From contig NC_045697.1 in the NCBI RefSeq assembly GCF_009834535.1, forward strand, positions 2,296,001 through 2,360,000: 64,000 nucleotides of DNA, in the 5' to 3' direction. Within the stretch, counting starts at the first letter, position 1. Every line of letters begins with the position of its first letter. Positions 33,441-46,389 of the stretch are shown here, in pieces. The notes beneath the pieces were generated by a model, which made no database searches, was not told the origin of the DNA, and saw only the letters and a program-made list of their open reading frames with translations. A program made the translations under genes and the position numbers. The DNA is from Camelus ferus. Its lineage: Eukaryota.

Positions 33441-34134
33441 AAGTCGGGGCTCAAGAGATGCTAGCTTTGCCAGTTTCCCCCAGGGTGGTGCTCTAGGCCC
33501 TGGCAGGCACTCGGGACAGTGGTTCTGCGGTCCCACCCTGAGGTGGTTCTTTCACTGGGCTTCTAGTCCAGCCCATTCCCTCCTACAAAAATTGGGTCGG
33601 GGATGATGATGCTGGCCTCCCAGGAGGCTGTGGGAGGGAACAGACCAGGCAGGCCAGCACTCTGCCCAGCAGGCAGGTGAGCCAGGGTAAGTTAAGGCTC
33701 CCTGATGTTGCTGGGGGTCCCCCTTCCTGCCTCCTAACTCCAACACCCGCTCCTCCCTCAAATGGCAAAGGAGGCCCAGCCTGCAGACAGAGCCTGCTGC
33801 TTCGCACACGGGCGCTTTCCTGCAGGGACTCAGCCTAGGCAGATCAGGACTCAGTTGGGCCCTGAGTGCCCCCGCCCTCTCCCCCCTCCAGCCCTGCCCC
33901 CACCACCAGCACCACCGAGAGCCCTACAATTCTCTACAAAACCTTTCTGAGTGAGGCCCCAGGTTGCCATGGAAACAGAAAGCCTCTGCGGTTAGCAGCC
34001 TTGGTGATCCAGGCTCCTCCTCTCCCTGCAAAGTTCCAGGTGGGCCTCCCTTGGGGGAGGGACAACACAGCACAGGGCAATCTTATCTCCTTTCAAGTTG
34101 CACCACCAAGGAGCACTCAGCACTGCCAAGGAGC

Positions 34135-34235
34135 CTACTTCCGGATGAGGAAGCAGGCCCAGAGAGGGAAAGAAGCCAGCTCAAGGCCACACAGCTCCCC
34201 AAGGGCAGGGTGGTGTCTGGTTCCAGAGCTGACCC
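34135..34235 (-). mobile_element. MIR core
   Basis: GGATGAGGAAGCAGGCCCAGAGAGGG...CTCAAGGCCACACAGCT. Confidence 0.65.
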
Positions 34236-34689
34236 TACCGGCCAGCCTGGGTCCCCCAAGGTCATGGTTCAGGGGCCTCCCAGGGGTTGGGGCTCCCTCC
34301 TGCATGAAGGCCCAAGATGCTTGGTGTTTGGAGTGGAGGAGATGTCTCTGCTGGCAGGAACCCGCACCGCTGGCTGTTGACTCTGGATGAAGCTCCCCTA
34401 GTCTGGACCTCGGCTCCTCATTCACAAAATGAGTCCCCCCATTCCTGCCTTTTGAACCCAGCCCTCCCCTCTTCCCAGGCCTGAGTCCTGGCCCAGGTCC
34501 CCCTGTGCTGGGTGGCAAGGGCCCCCGAAGAGGGAGGAGAGACGAATGGGTGGGTGTAGGGGAGGTTTAGGGCGGTGAAGCCATTCCATGTGAAACTGTA
34601 AAGGGGGGCACAGGACATTTGTCGAAATCACAGAATTCGAACCACAGAGAGGGAACCGGCTATAAGCCACGGGCTGCAGCCAGTGTCGA

Positions 34690-34850
34690 GGGACCACACT
34701 GGCGACGAGTGCACCACGGCACTGTCAGACGGGGCACTTGGGGGGCTGCTGGGAGGGGTGCACGAGAACTCTAGACTTTCTGCCAAGTTTTTCTGTCAAC
34801 CTAAACCTGCTCCAAACTATAAAGTCTATTAGTTAAAAAAAAGGAAAAAA
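34690..34850 (+). mobile_element. L1MC/MD 3' end
   Basis: GGGGTGCACGAGAACTCT..ACTTTCTGCCAAGTTTTTCTGTCAACCTAAACCTGCTCCAAA..ATAAAGTCTATT, then A tail. Confidence 0.8.
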
Positions 34851-36049
34851 AGAGGGTGGGGGCCGCGACTGGAGTCGGGGAGGCAGTGGTTCTGCAAGGA
34901 GTTGCTGATCCTGGAACCTGGCCCCGCCCCCAAGGCCCCCTGTGGCTGGTGCCCCGGCTCATCTGAGGGCAGCACGAGGCTGTCCCCAGCACTGCGGCAG
35001 GCAGCAAGGTGGGAGCAGCTGCCTTCCAGAACATTCTGGGCAGAGCTCAGACTCCGGCTTCCAGTGGCCCCGTTGGGCTCCACCAGTCAGGAGAGGGGTG
35101 GGCAGGGAGGGGAAGTCGAGGGCTCCGCTCACCAGGGTGAGGGGCTTCTGTAGCAATTGGGGTGGGGGCTCCAGGGAGAGCCTCCTTCCCCCCTCGGGGG
35201 ACGTCAGAGACCCTGTGTGGTTCTCACTGTGCCAGCAGGTCCTCACGGTCAATGTGACGTCAGCCGAGACCTGGAGAGGAGGCAACCGTGCCAGCCCTGA
35301 GGGAGATGGGCCAGCGTGGGCTCCGGGCTGGGAACCTCGGCTGCCCTGGGGTCTGCGGGCGGTCACCCTGTCCGTCGAAGCTCCTGGAAATCCCCTGCCT
35401 CTGTGGGCTGGGCAGGGAAAACTGCCTCCTGCCCAGAGCAGTTAACGGGCCCTCTGTGCAGAGCTGGGAAGGTACCACTGGCCTCAGCTCCCTTTAAATG
35501 CACCGAGGGCCTCGAGGGAAGTGGACGGCACTTTCCTCTAATCTGCAGCTCCTTCAACTTCACTTTTTTCACTCTTCCCTGTAGTTATCCCACCGGTGGG
35601 TGGAAATAAACCCCGCTGAGGAGACAGCCTCCCAGAAGGCAGCGTTCTGTCAGAACTGCGGGGAGGGAGGCAGGCGGTGGGGGAAGAGGCGGCCTCAGCC
35701 TTCGCCGCTTCCTCTTGCCTCCAGGGGCTCGTGGAAACTAACTGTCAGGCACCAGTTGTCCTGGTTTGCCCGGCACTGTCCCTGTTTTAGCACAGATAGT
35801 CCCATGTCCCAGGACCCCTCCAGTCCCAGGTGAACGGGGCGGTTGGACATGCTTTGCACAAGCTCCCCAGGGTCTCTGGGCTTCCCGGGACCACTCGCCC
35901 GAGGTTGGCTCTTCCTGGGACCTCACCCAACCCTCAGCCCATGGGACGTCCTTTCCCTCCTCCATTCACCCCAGGCCTTGGTCCTCTCCTCTGCCTCCAC
36001 CCTCAGGAATTCCATTAGGAACCCACCCCCAGTTCCAAGCACATCTCCG

Positions 36050-36225
36050 CTACAGAGCTCCAGACCTGACAGCCAGATAGTCAGGCTGCCGGGACAGCAA
36101 GTGAGACCTGCTCTCTGCCTTGGTTTCCCCTCCTGTGAAGCGGAGAATCGTCATTGCACTTACTTGGGGGTCTTGCAAGGACACAGTGAGGCATAAATGT
36201 AAGGGGCTTAGATCCAAGGCTGCGT
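36050..36225 (+). mobile_element. MIR
   Basis: CTCTCTGCCTTGGTTTCCCCTCCTGTGAAGCGGAGAAT...ATAAATGTAAGGGGCTTAG. Confidence 0.6.
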
Positions 36226-37072
36226 CCCATCGAATTATCCAGAAACACCCACTGATGCTATCGGCTGGGCACCCTAAATGTCACCGACTTCCCATAGCTG
36301 CTTAACAGAATCTGCATTTTATGGACGAGCAGCCTGAGGCGCAGAGACATGAAGAGACTCACCGCAGAGACCTGGCTGGTCGGTGCCCGAGGCTGGACAC
36401 GCAGCCCAGTGTGGACTGCAAGGTCCCCCTCCCCAGATGCCCTCCTGCGGGTGGTGGTGTGGGGACATCCTGGCTCGGCTTTTTTGGGCAAATTGAAAAC
36501 CTAGCACAATCTCACGTGTCAGCTGTTGGAAACAGCTCCTAACAGGGCTGGTGAAAGAAACAGACGGGAGGCCGTGCAGCCTGAGAGAATTTATTTTGCC
36601 ATGTCTCAGCGGAGATGTCTCTGTGGTATTTAGCTCTTGAACAAGGAACTCTGCTTTGGGGAGAGTATCCATTCTTTCCCCTTTTTCCTGACTGGACTCT
36701 GAATTGGTGGGGGCGGTGAGACCGGCTGGCCCACTAGTTGGTCATCAGCTCTGCTCCCGGAGGGGGAGCCCCCCCGCAGAGCGGTCCCACCTCTTCCCCT
36801 GCTCTGTGGGCGGCCCCGCCCCCGCCCCAGCCAGGCTTCCTCCGGGTGTCTTTGTAGGAAGAGTTTTTAAGGTTACCGGGCTTCTCAGCTGGGGCAGGTC
36901 TGCCCCTACCCCACCTTGACTGTGAGTAGCTGCCTCCCTGCCGACCAGTGCTTCCCTTTGGTCACGTCCGGCTGGAGGCCTGAGGCAGGGAGCCCCTGGC
37001 TCAGGGAGCAGGACGGGGAAGGCCGGGCGGGAGTATTAACCCGTTCGCCACCCTCACTCACAGCCTCGCTCA

Positions 37073-37660
37073 CGGCCAGCCTCACTATTCGTGGATTCTG
37101 TATTTGTGAACTCACCTACTCGCTGAAGTGCATTTGAAACCCCCAAACCAATACTCGTGGTTCTTTAGGGGTCACTGGTGGACAATGCAGTGTGGCCCGG
37201 CGGACACACCGCTGGCTGACAGGGACCGAGGCACGCCGTCCTCCGTGTCAGCTCATGCTGTAAACAAGCATCCTTCTCGTGGTCTACTTAGTGCCGTGCT
37301 TTTTGCCTTTCTGTGTTTTGGTTGGTGATTTCGCAGTTGAAGATGTCCCTGAGGTCATGTGATGAAGGGATGTTCTGAGTGTGAGAAGTGGGCTGTGTGG
37401 CCAGGAGCTGCGTGTGGAGATGAACTCTGTTCTCGCTGAGTTACGGCAGCGCGGGACCCGAGCCCGGGGTGCTGCATCAGCGTGTATCTGCGGTAAGCCG
37501 TCTTTGAGCAGGAACACGCACAAAACAAGGTTCCGTGCTGACGGGCTGATGAACATGTTGTGACCAGAAGCTGGCAGGACCCTCTCCTGCACGCCCCCAG
37601 GAGCAGTGGTTCGGTGTTGGTGGTGACTTTATGGAAGTCCCACTAACCGAGAGAACCGGG
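37073..37660 (+). mobile_element. MER82 (TcMar-Tigger) DNA transposon
   Basis: TATTCGTGGATTCTGTATTTGTGAACTCACCTACTCGCT, CTGTAAACAAG..TCCTT.TCGTGGTCTACTTAGTGCC, AAAACAAGGTT...ATGTTGTGACCAGAAGCT. Confidence 0.88.
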
Positions 37661-39039
37661 CACCTGCCTCTCACCAGGAACTTGGACGCTGGGAGCAGGC
37701 CCCGCCCTCCGCCCTCCGCCCGCCCGCCGCCCTCCGGGCCCTCCCCCACCGCACACACCCAAGTCCCTGTCCTCTCGCCCCAACTTCCATCTTCCTCATC
37801 CCACCCTGACGAACTGTTGGTGTTTTGTCTTAAAACCCTCTTATTCTGAGCAATTCCACCCACAGGTACAAAGCCCAAAGAACCGAAGACACGTGCTCCC
37901 CAAAGTTCGGGTGGAGGAGCCCCGGGGCCGGCGGGGCCTGCATGGCCAGGAGGAGAAGCAGCTGCACGCCCGAGGGAGGGGCGCTCTGGTCCAGCTGCGG
38001 CTACTCCGTGAGAGTGGGTTGGGATAGCCAGGCCAGTGGACTTGTCTCCTGATGGGCTCCGGACCTTTGGTGGCAGGGAAGGCCCTTTGATGGTGGGGGC
38101 TTAGCCAGTTCGGAGAGGCCTCCAGACGCCCGGCTTCACCCCCCAAGTCAGTGTCCATTGCTGTTCCTCGAACGGACGGACGCTGCTGTCCAGGGCCGCC
38201 TGCCGTGTTGGAGGGTGAGGGGGTGGAGATTCACTTCCTGCCCTGCCCGGCTCGGCCAGAGCCCCCGAGCTGCCCAGTCCTCGTGGAGGGACAGCAGGTG
38301 ACCCCGGGCTGCGACGCCTAAGCCCCTCCCTGGGGCCGAGCCACCAGGACCTGTCGTCCCACAGGCCCCGGGCCGGAGCCAGGCCCCGCAGCTACGACCG
38401 GGAAGAAGGATAGTACTTTGGAAAACAGTTTTCTTGTCTTTATTTATTTTTTTTCCCAAAGAAATTGAAGAGACCTGTGGTTTGCAAACCTGCTGACCTA
38501 GCAGGAGGCTTAAATCGAGCCACCCGGTGTCAGGAAGAGGCCTGAGCCAGGACGGAAAATACCTACAGGCAGATTCCAGCCTGTTTTGGGGGAGCAAATG
38601 GGTCACCGTCGGAGCTGCCCCGGGGAAGGGCTGTGTGGGGAGATGGTGGCACCACCACAGGGATGCGGAGCAGAGACCCGTCCCCGTCCCGAGGAGCGTG
38701 CTGCTGGGTCTCGTCCTCGCGTCAGCCCGTCTCCCAGCGCAGCCCTCCCAGGCTCTCCGGGTCCCGCCACCCCTCAGGGGCTCGGTCCCGCCTGCCTGTG
38801 CCAAGGGTGGATGTGGTCCAAGGACCAGGGCATCAGTGGGAGGGAGGGTGTGACAGACTCCATCCTGGGTCCCCTTGTCTCTGCGCGAGGACACGCCCCC
38901 CAGAACTCCTGGGGACCTGGTGCCCATCCTTCCTGCCTTCATTTCTGGAAGGACCCTGCGCTTCTCCTGAACGTGGCTCATCCCGGCGACGAGGGCTGCG
39001 GGCAGCCTCTGCGTTAGGTGCGGTCTCCTGTCCCTGCCT

Positions 39040-39340
39040 CTCCTCCCCCTTCTGTCTCTTTTCCAGCCCCTCCTCCATCCACCCCTTATCCAGGGCTGTC
39101 AACAGTGTGTCCCCAGGGCTCTGGCCTCGCTGCACCACCTCCCCGGATACGCTGGGGACACACCTCTCCATCCTCAGCACTGACCACGGCCTGGAGCCTC
39201 AGACCCAAGTGTCCACCTGCCTCCTGGACATTTCCCGGAGGCTCAGCCTCTGCCCCTGACCTGCCCCTTCCTCACTCTTTCTCACTCGTCATGCGGCAGG
39301 GGTGTCCAGAGGCGCCGGGACCCAAACTCGAGGACCTTCT
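39040..39340 (+). mobile_element. L2 fragment
   Basis: CCCCAGGGCTCTG...CTCAGACCCAAGTGTCCACCTGCCTCCTGGACATTTCC. Confidence 0.65.
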
Positions 39341-40474
39341 GTGGTGTGGTTCTGGAAGAGGACAGGAGGGTGAGGGGAAGAGACCAGGGCAGAGGAAGGT
39401 TGGTGGGGGGTTACTCAGGTTACTCTGGGTTGGAGAGGCGAGGCTGGGAGCGAAGCTGTGGGTGGAGAGGAGAGGGCCAAGTCCACGTGGCCGCGGGCCT
39501 GCCCGGGGCTGCCCCTGCGCGCAGCCCGGGCCTGTGTGCAGCGGGCGGCTCCCAGGCGTGCGCTGTGATGAGCGTCTGCCTGAGCCAAGGTCTCTCGAGC
39601 CGAGAAGAGGCAGAACCGGGGCACTCACCCCGCAGGCACTGTTGTTACTGTTACTGTTACTTTCTTAGAGCCTGTGAACCTGGACGCTAGGCCCCGGGCC
39701 CCTGCTCCAGCCCGGGGCCCTCCCTGCCAGGCCCCACACGCTCCCCTCCGCGTCCACCTGCACTGCGTTGCCCCGGCTGAGTGTGGCCGCCGCCAGGACC
39801 GGGTGGGCCCCTGGGACAAGTCTTTCCTCTCCTGGAACTTCCCGGAGGTGTTCCCTCCTTCACAATGGGAATTGTGATGTCTGGATGTCTGTACTGTCCA
39901 GGGGCCATGGACCAACCCACACTAGAGGGACTGAGCGCTACGGGGCTCCTCTCTGGAGGGACACCCTGCCAGCTCCTCCTGGACACAGCACCACCTCCAC
40001 CTGTACTCCGAGGGCCCTGGAGCGGGGCCCAGCCCTCAGTTCTCCCTTATCACCTTCTCCCTGCCTCCTTCTGGGGAGACTTGGCTCAGGGTGCTGTGGG
40101 CGCCGCCTGGAGCCTCTGACCCAGGGTCTCAAGCCCAGGCCAGGATGGAGCTTCCAGTGGTTTCTATGTGCTTGGCTTGAGGGGCAAAGAGGTGGGAGCC
40201 ATGGCCCTGACATGGTGGAGGGACAGCACCACGCGGAGAACCTCCGCTGGGCTGGTGGCAGCCCTCTGGCTGGACTGTGGGCCCCTCAGCCCCTTCTTGG
40301 GCCCATGTCTCAGGTGATTGCTTGGAAAGCCACACATCCTCACTCCATTCTTATTCACGTGTGGTGCTCAGAATGTTCAAGCATCCACCCAGTTTTGATG
40401 CTGCAACCTCTTCCCTCAGGCTTTTTCCAGTTTTTTTTTTTTTTTAAAAAGCGTGTGTAAGTTATGATCCCTCC

Positions 40475-40800
40475 CCCTCCATCCGCCATCTATAACCCAC
40501 AGGCCATTCTGTCCACTCACCCTTCCTTCCGTCTGTCCATCCGTCCACCCACCCACCCATCCACCCACCCATCCACCCACCCATCCATCCGTGCCACCCT
40601 CTGCCCATCCAGTCACCCACCATCTACGATGCATTCACTTGTTTGTGTATGATTCACCGTCCAGCTACTCAGCTGCAGTCCTCTCTCCCAGCCTTCCACT
40701 AACACATCCACAAAGCTACTACCCATCCCACCCATCTGTCCGTCCTCTCACCTGTCTACCCATCTGCCTGCTCGTCACCAGTCCACCCACCATCCATCCA
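40475..40800. repeat. (CCAT/CCAC)n degenerate tetranucleotide tract
   Basis: Seen directly. Confidence 0.85.
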
Positions 40801-41744
40801 TGTGGGACACCCGCCTGCCCCGTCCCAGCCCTGTGTAGGGCCCAGGTGCTCACACATGTTTGCAGGCTGCCCGTATTTACCCATTAGGTCAAAGGTCAGA
40901 ACTGCACACTGAGTCATGTGCTTTGAGGATCCTGATCAATATCCAGCTGGCTACCGAGTAGCCTTATCTGTGTGTAAACAAGGTGATATTCCCAGAGGAG
41001 TATGGGCTTGAAGAGTTTCTCTGATGGCATCAGCTCCTGGGGGTGGGGGCGGACGTGGCAGCCACTGGACTATAGGCTGGAAATGGAATTGGTCGTGGAG
41101 GCAGCCCAGAGTGGGCTGTTTCGGCACACACACACAAGCTCTTGCCACTCACGTCTCCGGGTTTCCTTCTGTGACATTTATTCAGCAAGAGTGTCGAGGC
41201 CCTGCCTGCCCCTGCACTGGGATGGGGGCGATGATGCAGTAGGAACAATGCGGTCATGACCATGGCCATCATCTGCCCTGTGGGGGAAGGGGTACTCTAC
41301 TCCCGACCAGTTGACCACACTGCGGTCTCGAAAGCCAGGCTGCACCCAACAACGCTGCTCTGTGCTAAGAGGGACCCAGACGAGTGTGTGAAGGAGGGTC
41401 CTCTCCCCCAGGCCCCGGGGCAGGGGGTGGAGCCTCCTGGCTGGTGGGAGAGAATCCGGCACATCACCCAGGAGCAGCCAGAGTCACGTTCCAAGGCCTG
41501 GAGGAGGCGGAGCCTCGCCCCGATGCTGCTGACATGCGCCTCCAAGGGAAGGAGGCCCAGATGCCTCCCCGGCTGGCCGGCTGGCCATCTCGACCTGAAT
41601 TTCTAGTCAACCAAGTCCCCCACCAGGGTTTGCATAATTATTACTTCCTAACCTAATTACAGAGCTCCATGCTGACTCCCCAGGGTCCTTGAGGGCTGCC
41701 TGCAGCCCCTCCTTCCTGTGAATACAGGAGACAAAGAGTGTTGC

Positions 41745-41925
41745 TTGGAAGTCAGACTGACCTGTCTTAAATCTTCACTCTGCTGCTTCCAAGCCGGGTG
41801 ACCTTGGGCGTGTGACTTACCCTTTCTGAGCCTTGTTTCATGGACTCTAAAACGGGGATCGTAACAGCAGCTGCCCCACAGGGTGTAGCAGATTGTGTGG
41901 GGGCAAGCGTGCGTTTAGTGCCCCA
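41745..41925 (+). mobile_element. MIR
   Basis: TTGGAAGTCAGACTGACCTG..TTAAATC..CACTCTGC...GTGACCTTGGGC..GTGACTTACCCTTTCTGAGCCT. Confidence 0.85.
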
Positions 41926-42789
41926 GCAGCATCCCGGCTTGGAGGAGGGGGTCTCTGGGGCCCCCGGCCCTCTTCCCCCTCCCTCCCACTTCCCTGATGC
42001 ATCTTCTGGTGGAAGCACGCAGGACGGGCTCGCCCAGAACACCGGCAGGTTGGCAAGGGCTGGGACTCTCACGTATTTGAACGGAAGTCTTAAATGGAGG
42101 CTAACACAATTAGGATGTTCCTGCAGAGGAGGTTTGAGAAGTCAGCTTGGCAGCTGAACAGGCGAAGAGAGTGCGCCGCCCACCCAGGGACCTGCTTCAC
42201 CAAAGGGAACAAGGCGGCGACCCGATGATCTGCCTTCTTATTTACAGAGCAGACCTCCACCCGGGAAGCCCTGGGCTGCACAGCCGTGGCGCACCAGGAG
42301 GGTGGGGTGCTGGGGGCAGGGGGAGACCCTGGGCCCCCGCAGGCTCCCAGTGGGGATGAGTGGAGGGTCGGGAGCCATGGACTGCGGGGCTCGGATGTGG
42401 CGTCACCCCCATCCCACCCCCACCCCCTACCCCGGTCCCAAGTCAGGGCGGAAACCGCATGGCAGGGCTGCCTTTGGACCAGTCCTGCAGCCCAGCCACT
42501 TCAGGCCCCGACGAGCCAGGACACTGTGGGGCCTCACTCTGGCCCCTGGCCCATTAGCCACGAGCTTGCTTTTTGCCTCTCCCATGGGAATGTCTGTTGG
42601 ACCCCAACAGCCTTGCTCCGAGAAGGCGACTCCCTTGACGGCGGCCCCCTTGACAGCCTCGTCACTGAATGGGCTGCTCTACTCTGTGTCTCCTGCCAGC
42701 TTTGACGGGTCCCCCACCTGGCCCCTGGGGTCTGCACAAGACATGCTCAAGGTCAACGCACCGAGCAGGGTTCCAAATCCTTCATGACA

Positions 42790-42955
42790 ACAACAGCTGA
42801 CTTTCCCAGGGGGCCCACCACATGCCTCCCCATGAACGGGACGCTTGTCCAGAAGTTTCCGTGTATTTTAGCTCACTCACTCCTTGGGAGAGCCGCACTG
42901 GTGGGATCACGATGACCCGCATTTTACAGACGAGGACTGGAGCCTGGAGTCCGAG
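42790..42955 (-). mobile_element. MIR
   Basis: GTGTATTTTAGCTCACTCACTCCT...CCCGCATTTTACAGACGAGGA. Confidence 0.65.
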
Positions 42956-43283
42956 GCCCCCGTGGTCATGGGGCAGGACGGGAGCCCCGGGGGTCCCCAA
43001 GCCAGAAGGACAACGCCTCCCGCAGCCTCGTGGTGTGGTCCACCGCCAGCGAGGCTGGCGCGGGCAGGGATGGGGGGGAGGCCCCTGCTCTCCTAGCCCC
43101 TCTCTGCGTCCAGGGTAAGCCGCCCCATCCTGCTGATTCGCACCGCCTGGTGACGTGGGTCTCAGCCCCATTTCCTCCACCGTTCCTCGCCCTTTATCTA
43201 GAGACGAGATCCAGTTAGCACACTGTGGGACCCCTGGGCTCTCCTTCTGGGGTCCGAGGTCTCCTCTCTGTGATCGCTCATGC

Positions 43284-43713
43284 TGTGCGAGTTGAACGGG
43301 GGACCCCAAAGACGGGTCTATATCCTGACCCCTGGAACCTCAGAATGTGATCTTATTTGAAAAAAGCATCCTTGCTGAGATGTAATTAGTTAAGGAGCTC
43401 GAGCTGAGATTGTCCCGGATCACCGGGGTGCCCCTACATCCAACCACAACTGTCCTTACAAGAGACACACAGAGGAGGCAGAGAGGGAGGAGGCCATGTG
43501 AAGATGGAGCGGAGGCTGGGGTGGTACGACCACTCACCCACAAACACCCGGAGCCCCCAGGAGCTGCAGGAGGCAGGGAGGACCCTCCCTTAGAGCTTCT
43601 GACACCTTCACTGGGGACTCTGGCGCCAGAAGTGTGAGAAAACAAATTTCCGTTGTCATAAGCCCCCCCCCCCCCGTCTGTGGTAATTTGTTAGCAGCTT
43701 GGAGACACTCACA
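43284..43713 (+). mobile_element. MLT1C-like solo LTR
   Basis: CCTGGAACCTCAGAATGTGATCTTATTTG, GGCCATGTGAAGATGGAG, GTGAGAAAACAAATTTCCGTTGT..TAAGCC..GTCTGTGGTAATTTGTTA. Confidence 0.9.
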
Positions 43714-46389
43714 GCCCCCCCCAGGGCTCTGCTGCACACACTGTGCAGGTCAGAGAAGCGGTGCCACCCTCCCAGGGGCGCCGGGGCCTCATGCGGCTGG
43801 GCCTCCCCTGTGCCCCAGGATGCCCCGAGGCAGGGTTGGGACAGTGCGTGGGGACAGCCTTGCCCACGTCTCAGCCCTTGAGCACCCCCCCGTCTCTAGG
43901 CTGGCACCCCTCCAGTGCCAGGCAGCCCTTCACCATCCGATGCAGCCCCCCACCTCAGATCACAGGGGCTGGCTTCCTGGGTGGCCGCTGAGAGGCTGAG
44001 AGGTGCAATCAGACGGCGCGGGGGTCAGCGCCCAGTGCGGAGGGGTTGGGAGGCAGAGGATGGTGGGCAGCTCCCCCTCCGTGGACGATCCCGCGTGAGA
44101 GTCCTCCGTGCAGCCTGAACTGAGACGCCCCATCCCCCGCGCTGACCGAGTGCATCTGCAGCCTCCCTCTGCTCGCTGTCGGGGGGCGGCCAGCGCAGGG
44201 GAACATCAGCCACGAATATCTTTCCTTGTCTCGCTTCCCCGTCCCCCACCCTTGCCGTCCTGGCCTTGTACCTCTCGTGGGAAGTGGCAGCAATTTAACC
44301 CTTGCCTCAGGCTCTGCTTTCTCAAGGACCTGGCTGAGACAGGCAGCCTCTGCATGCCAGTGGTTCCCTGGTGTGTTTCCTCACTCAGCACAAGCCTCGT
44401 TGTCTTTCTACCAAAACTTGGTCCTTGAGTGATCCATAGCAGCAGAGAAACAGGCCTGAAGCAGCCTTTTCTCGCTCTCTTTTTTCCTCAATGGTTAATA
44501 GGTTTAAATCGAAGTGCAAAAAATAGAAGCTATGGTAACATAAGAAAAATCCCCAAGTGAACAGAGAGCCGCAGTCCTCCACGCTTAGCAGCACCTGGCA
44601 CAGAGCTGGCGTCCGGGAAGCCTGTCTTGGGTAAGGAAGAGATGACCAGTAGCGAGCAAGGCTCCAGCCAGGAACCCCTTCACTTCTTGTGATGGTCTGG
44701 GTGCTCTGGGAAGGAGTCAGAAGGGCCAGAGACTTACTGGTTGATGCTTGTGGAAGACCAGGGGTCAGGGGGCACCGAGAGCCTTCAGACGGCGATGCCC
44801 GTCTGGGACCTGCGAAGGGGGAGAGGATGGGGCGGGCGTTCAGGGCTGTGGGGCGGCTCCAGGAGGCCCTGAGCTCTCAGAGGAGCCTGCGTGGGTCAGA
44901 GATGGTGAGCCCTGTTCCCAGTCATTCCTGGCCTCTGCCCGGGCCTCGGGCTGTGTATGGACTTGGCTGAGAAATGGAGCGAATCCTGCAGGCGCTGTAG
45001 CTGCTGCCTCTGTGCGGGGTAAATTTTGATACACCTGCTCTCCATGAAAGCATCCTGCATTGTAAATGTTAGTTTAGATGTCTTTTTTCACCCCTAGACA
45101 AGGGCACGAGGTTGGAGCCCCTTCATACCTGCATCTCTAGGAGCCGAGGACCAGTGATGCTGGATGCAGGCGTGGACAGGGAGGCAGATCTGAGTGGCCC
45201 CTCCATCACTGCCCGTAAATGTGGACCAACTCCGGGCCCAGCCTGAGGGCCACCCACAGATGTCAGACCGCTCCCCAGTCGAGAGCAGGCACTAGAGGGG
45301 ACAGAAAGCCAGTTCAGGGACCAGGGCCATGACGCCAGGAAGCACAGGCCGAGGAGGAAGCTCGTCCAGACTCCGGGACCTTCAGTGCTCCCAGAGGGCT
45401 CTGTCACCCTGATCCTCCCCCAGTGAGCCTGCCCGCCCCTCCCCTCGCCTCGGCTCCTGCCCCGCCCCTTGGGAATCTGAGCTCACGGGAGGCTCGCGTT
45501 TCCATGGTCACCAACCTCTCCTCTTGCCAGGATCTGCTTATTCCTTATTCAGCACACAGTGGGGTGGGCTGGGGGGAGCCTCAGTTGCCTGCCACGCTAA
45601 GGCAGGGGGCAGAGGTCACGTGTGCCCGGGTCCCCCTTCCAGCTGAGCGCTCACTGGCAAATATGAGCAGGAGGTAGAGGGAAGTTTCCGGTCTCCCCCG
45701 CTGGTGGGACTCCAGGCTGGACTCGGCAGCTGAGACATCGGGGTGAATGGGGTCCTGCTAACTGACTCACGTGAGGACAGTATAGGCTGCGCCAAGCCCA
45801 GGTTTACTCCCGGGGACCTGGGGCTTGGAGAGGGCCGGGTGGGGTCCCACGTGGGGTCGGCCTGGCCCGCGCGCCCCAGTGCCGGCTCCTCAGCCGTGGC
45901 CCCCCGGGGGTGGCCAGGGAAGCTTCCAGATCTTCCCAGCACCCCAGTCTGTGCGGCTTTCCTCTGCATCCCCGGGTGGCCCGTCAGGGTCCCCAGGAGG
46001 GTGGTCCTGTCTCAGCTGTGGCGAGCTCTTCTGCCTCTTCGCTCTTCCCAAATTCTCCTCCAACAGCCCCGCCACGTGTCTGACAGGGAGCCTGCTTCAG
46101 AGCGATTTGACATTTTGAGAGAAGAATTAATAAAATGAATGTTGGCGAAGCACTTGGCCGTGGAATTCATCGCTGTCTTCCCACAAGTGCAGTCGTGCGG
46201 CACACGCAGAGTTTAATTGGCCCGCCGGGTGCGGGCTGTGGGGCTCCTCGGAGACCCAGGCTCTCCCCTGGAGTAGGACACAGGCATGCGCCCCTCGAGG
46301 CTGGACAACGCTTGTTACAGTGAGGAAGGGAACAGGAACAGAGACACTAGCCAGGCAAAGGAACCCCATCTGCTGTTCTTGGTGATAAA

